A stretch of 64,000 nt of DNA, from contig CALZMR010000001.1 of assembly GCA_945788575.1 (NCBI GenBank), positions 1,181-65,180 of the forward strand. Reading direction: 5' to 3'. The stretch comes from an uncultured Woeseiaceae bacterium. GTDB taxonomy: Bacteria; Pseudomonadota; Gammaproteobacteria; Steroidobacterales; Woeseiaceae. The position numbers and the translations under genes are program-made. Below, piece by piece: positions 62,976-64,000 of this stretch. Position 1 is the first letter of the stretch; the number at the start of each line of letters is the position of its first letter. The notes beneath the pieces were generated by a model. That model did not search any database. It was given only the letters and a program-made list of their open reading frames with translations, and had not been told where the DNA came from.

Positions 62976-63725
62976 ATGAATGCGAGAAAGAAACGACTCG
63001 GGCGCGGACTCGACGCGCTGTTGTCGAAGCCCGTAGCGGATTCGGCAATCGTCAGCGGTGACGAGCCCTCGACCGGTGACGAGACGTTGAAGCACGTGCC
63101 GCTGGATCTGTTACAGCGCGGCCGCTACCAGCCTCGCCTCGATATGCGTCAGGAATCCCTCGAGGATCTGGCCAACTCGATACGGCAGCAAGGTGTCCTG
63201 CAGCCGATCGTCGTCCGGCCGGTCGGCAAGAAAGGCAAGTCCACGAGCTACGAGATCATCGCGGGCGAGCGCATACAGGAGTTCGACCTCACCCATGCCG
63301 AGGCCGCGACGGCCGTCGGCCGTTCGCGAGCCGCGGTCAGCAATTTGCTCCGGCTGCAGGATCTCGCCGACAAGGTGAAGCCGCTCGTCGAGGAGCGCAA
63401 ACTGGACATGGGCCATGCCCGCGCGCTGCTAGGTATCAGCAATTCCGTACAGCAACTCGATGCAGCCAGACAGGTGGTTCGCAAGGGGCTGTCGGTGCGG
63501 GAGACCGAAAGGCTCGTCAAGCGCATGCTCGAGCCCAAATCGCCGGCCGCTTCGAAGGCCGGGTCCTCATCGGCCAACGGGGACATTCGGCGCCTCGAGA
63601 TCGACGTGTCCGAGAAACTCGGTGCCAAGGTGCGTGTGCAGCACACGGCGAAGGGCTCTGGCAAGCTCGTCATTGAGTATCACTCGCTGGACGAGCTTGA
63701 CGGGATCCTCGGCCACATTAAGTAG
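62976..63725 (+). CDS. parB: chromosome partitioning protein ParB (Spo0J) with an in-frame internal gap covering the GERRxRA / ENxQRxDL region
   Basis: 249 aa from ATG 62976 with KKRLGRGLDALL, LQRGRYQPR, GVLQPIVVRP and YEIIAGER, then directly IQEFDLTHAEAATAVGRSRAAVSNLLRL (HTH), and the C-terminal dimerisation end LVIEYHSLDELDGILGHI. Confidence 0.85.
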   Translation: MNARKKRLGRGLDALLSKPVADSAIVSGDEPSTGDETLKHVPLDLLQRGRYQPRLDMRQESLEDLANSIRQQGVLQPIVVRPVGKKGKSTSYEIIAGERIQEFDLTHAEAATAVGRSRAAVSNLLRLQDLADKVKPLVEERKLDMGHARALLGISNSVQQLDAARQVVRKGLSVRETERLVKRMLEPKSPAASKAGSSSANGDIRRLEIDVSEKLGAKVRVQHTAKGSGKLVIEYHSLDELDGILGHIK

Positions 63726-63799
63726 CCGCAAGTGACAGGCGGGATTCGCGGTTCCGAAGCTGAGATCTCGGTGTTCATGACGAACTGACGGATACAACA

Positions 63800-64000
63800 A
63801 TGCCAATCCCGGAAGACACCAAGGAACTAACCAACCTGTTCCTAAAACTGTGTGCTCGCGATCCGTGCTCCTGGGCGTCCTCGCAAATAGACGAGGGAAT
63901 ACCGCAACTGCATCGCTACCTGTTCCTGCGGCAGGCATGGCAAAACGTCGTGTCGGATGACGATACGGATTGGATGGACGCCTATATGCGTCACGCGAAG
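63800..64000 (+). CDS. hypothetical protein, N-terminal part (runs off the window)
   Basis: An open frame of 67 codons runs from ATG 63800 to the window edge (MPIPEDTKELTNLFLKLCARDPCSW...). There is no clear RBS and no recognisable family. Confidence 0.3.
   Translation, partial: MPIPEDTKELTNLFLKLCARDPCSWASSQIDEGIPQLHRYLFLRQAWQNVVSDDDTDWMDAYMRHAK

Overview
This window is an origin-proximal chromosomal segment of a high-GC Gram-negative bacterium. Gene content and order suggest a gammaproteobacterium of the Xanthomonadales/Nevskiales type, but no taxon can be assigned from the sequence alone. The conserved backbone is gpsA(partial), trmL, pyrD, ntrC-ntrB-DUF4124-glnA, glyQ-glyS-gmhB-plsC, gyrB-recF-dnaN-dnaA, rpmH-rnpA-yidC, mnmE, mnmG, rsmG-parA-parB. 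Accessory blocks interrupt this backbone. They are rich in secreted or membrane peptidases (S46, M13, two M16, S33-like, S9). They also carry a Yej-type peptide ABC importer without a binding protein, an ABC-2 exporter, prpBCD, cytochrome c4 and several uncharacterised envelope proteins. I found no rRNA, tRNA, CRISPR array, transposase or integrase. The points most worth a second look are these. (1) The pyrD 3' end is duplicated around a 3.15-kb two-gene insert, which looks like a single-crossover integration scar; each copy has its own microduplication at the same site. (2) Four paralogous two-cysteine lipoproteins and a membrane-anchored GST-like protein are packed directly behind gyrB. (3) parB lacks the GERRxRA/ENxQRxDL (CTP-binding) segment in frame, while two identical parS-like 16-mers sit inside recF. 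(4) A very compact AT-rich dnaA-dnaN spacer with perfect DnaA boxes is the candidate oriC. (5) A five-gene S33 hydrolase / ABC-2 / M16-pair operon has an unusual membrane anchor on the catalytic M16. (6) One of two tandem small membrane-protein paralogs is interrupted by an in-frame amber codon. All family assignments come from motif recognition by eye and need profile searches to confirm.
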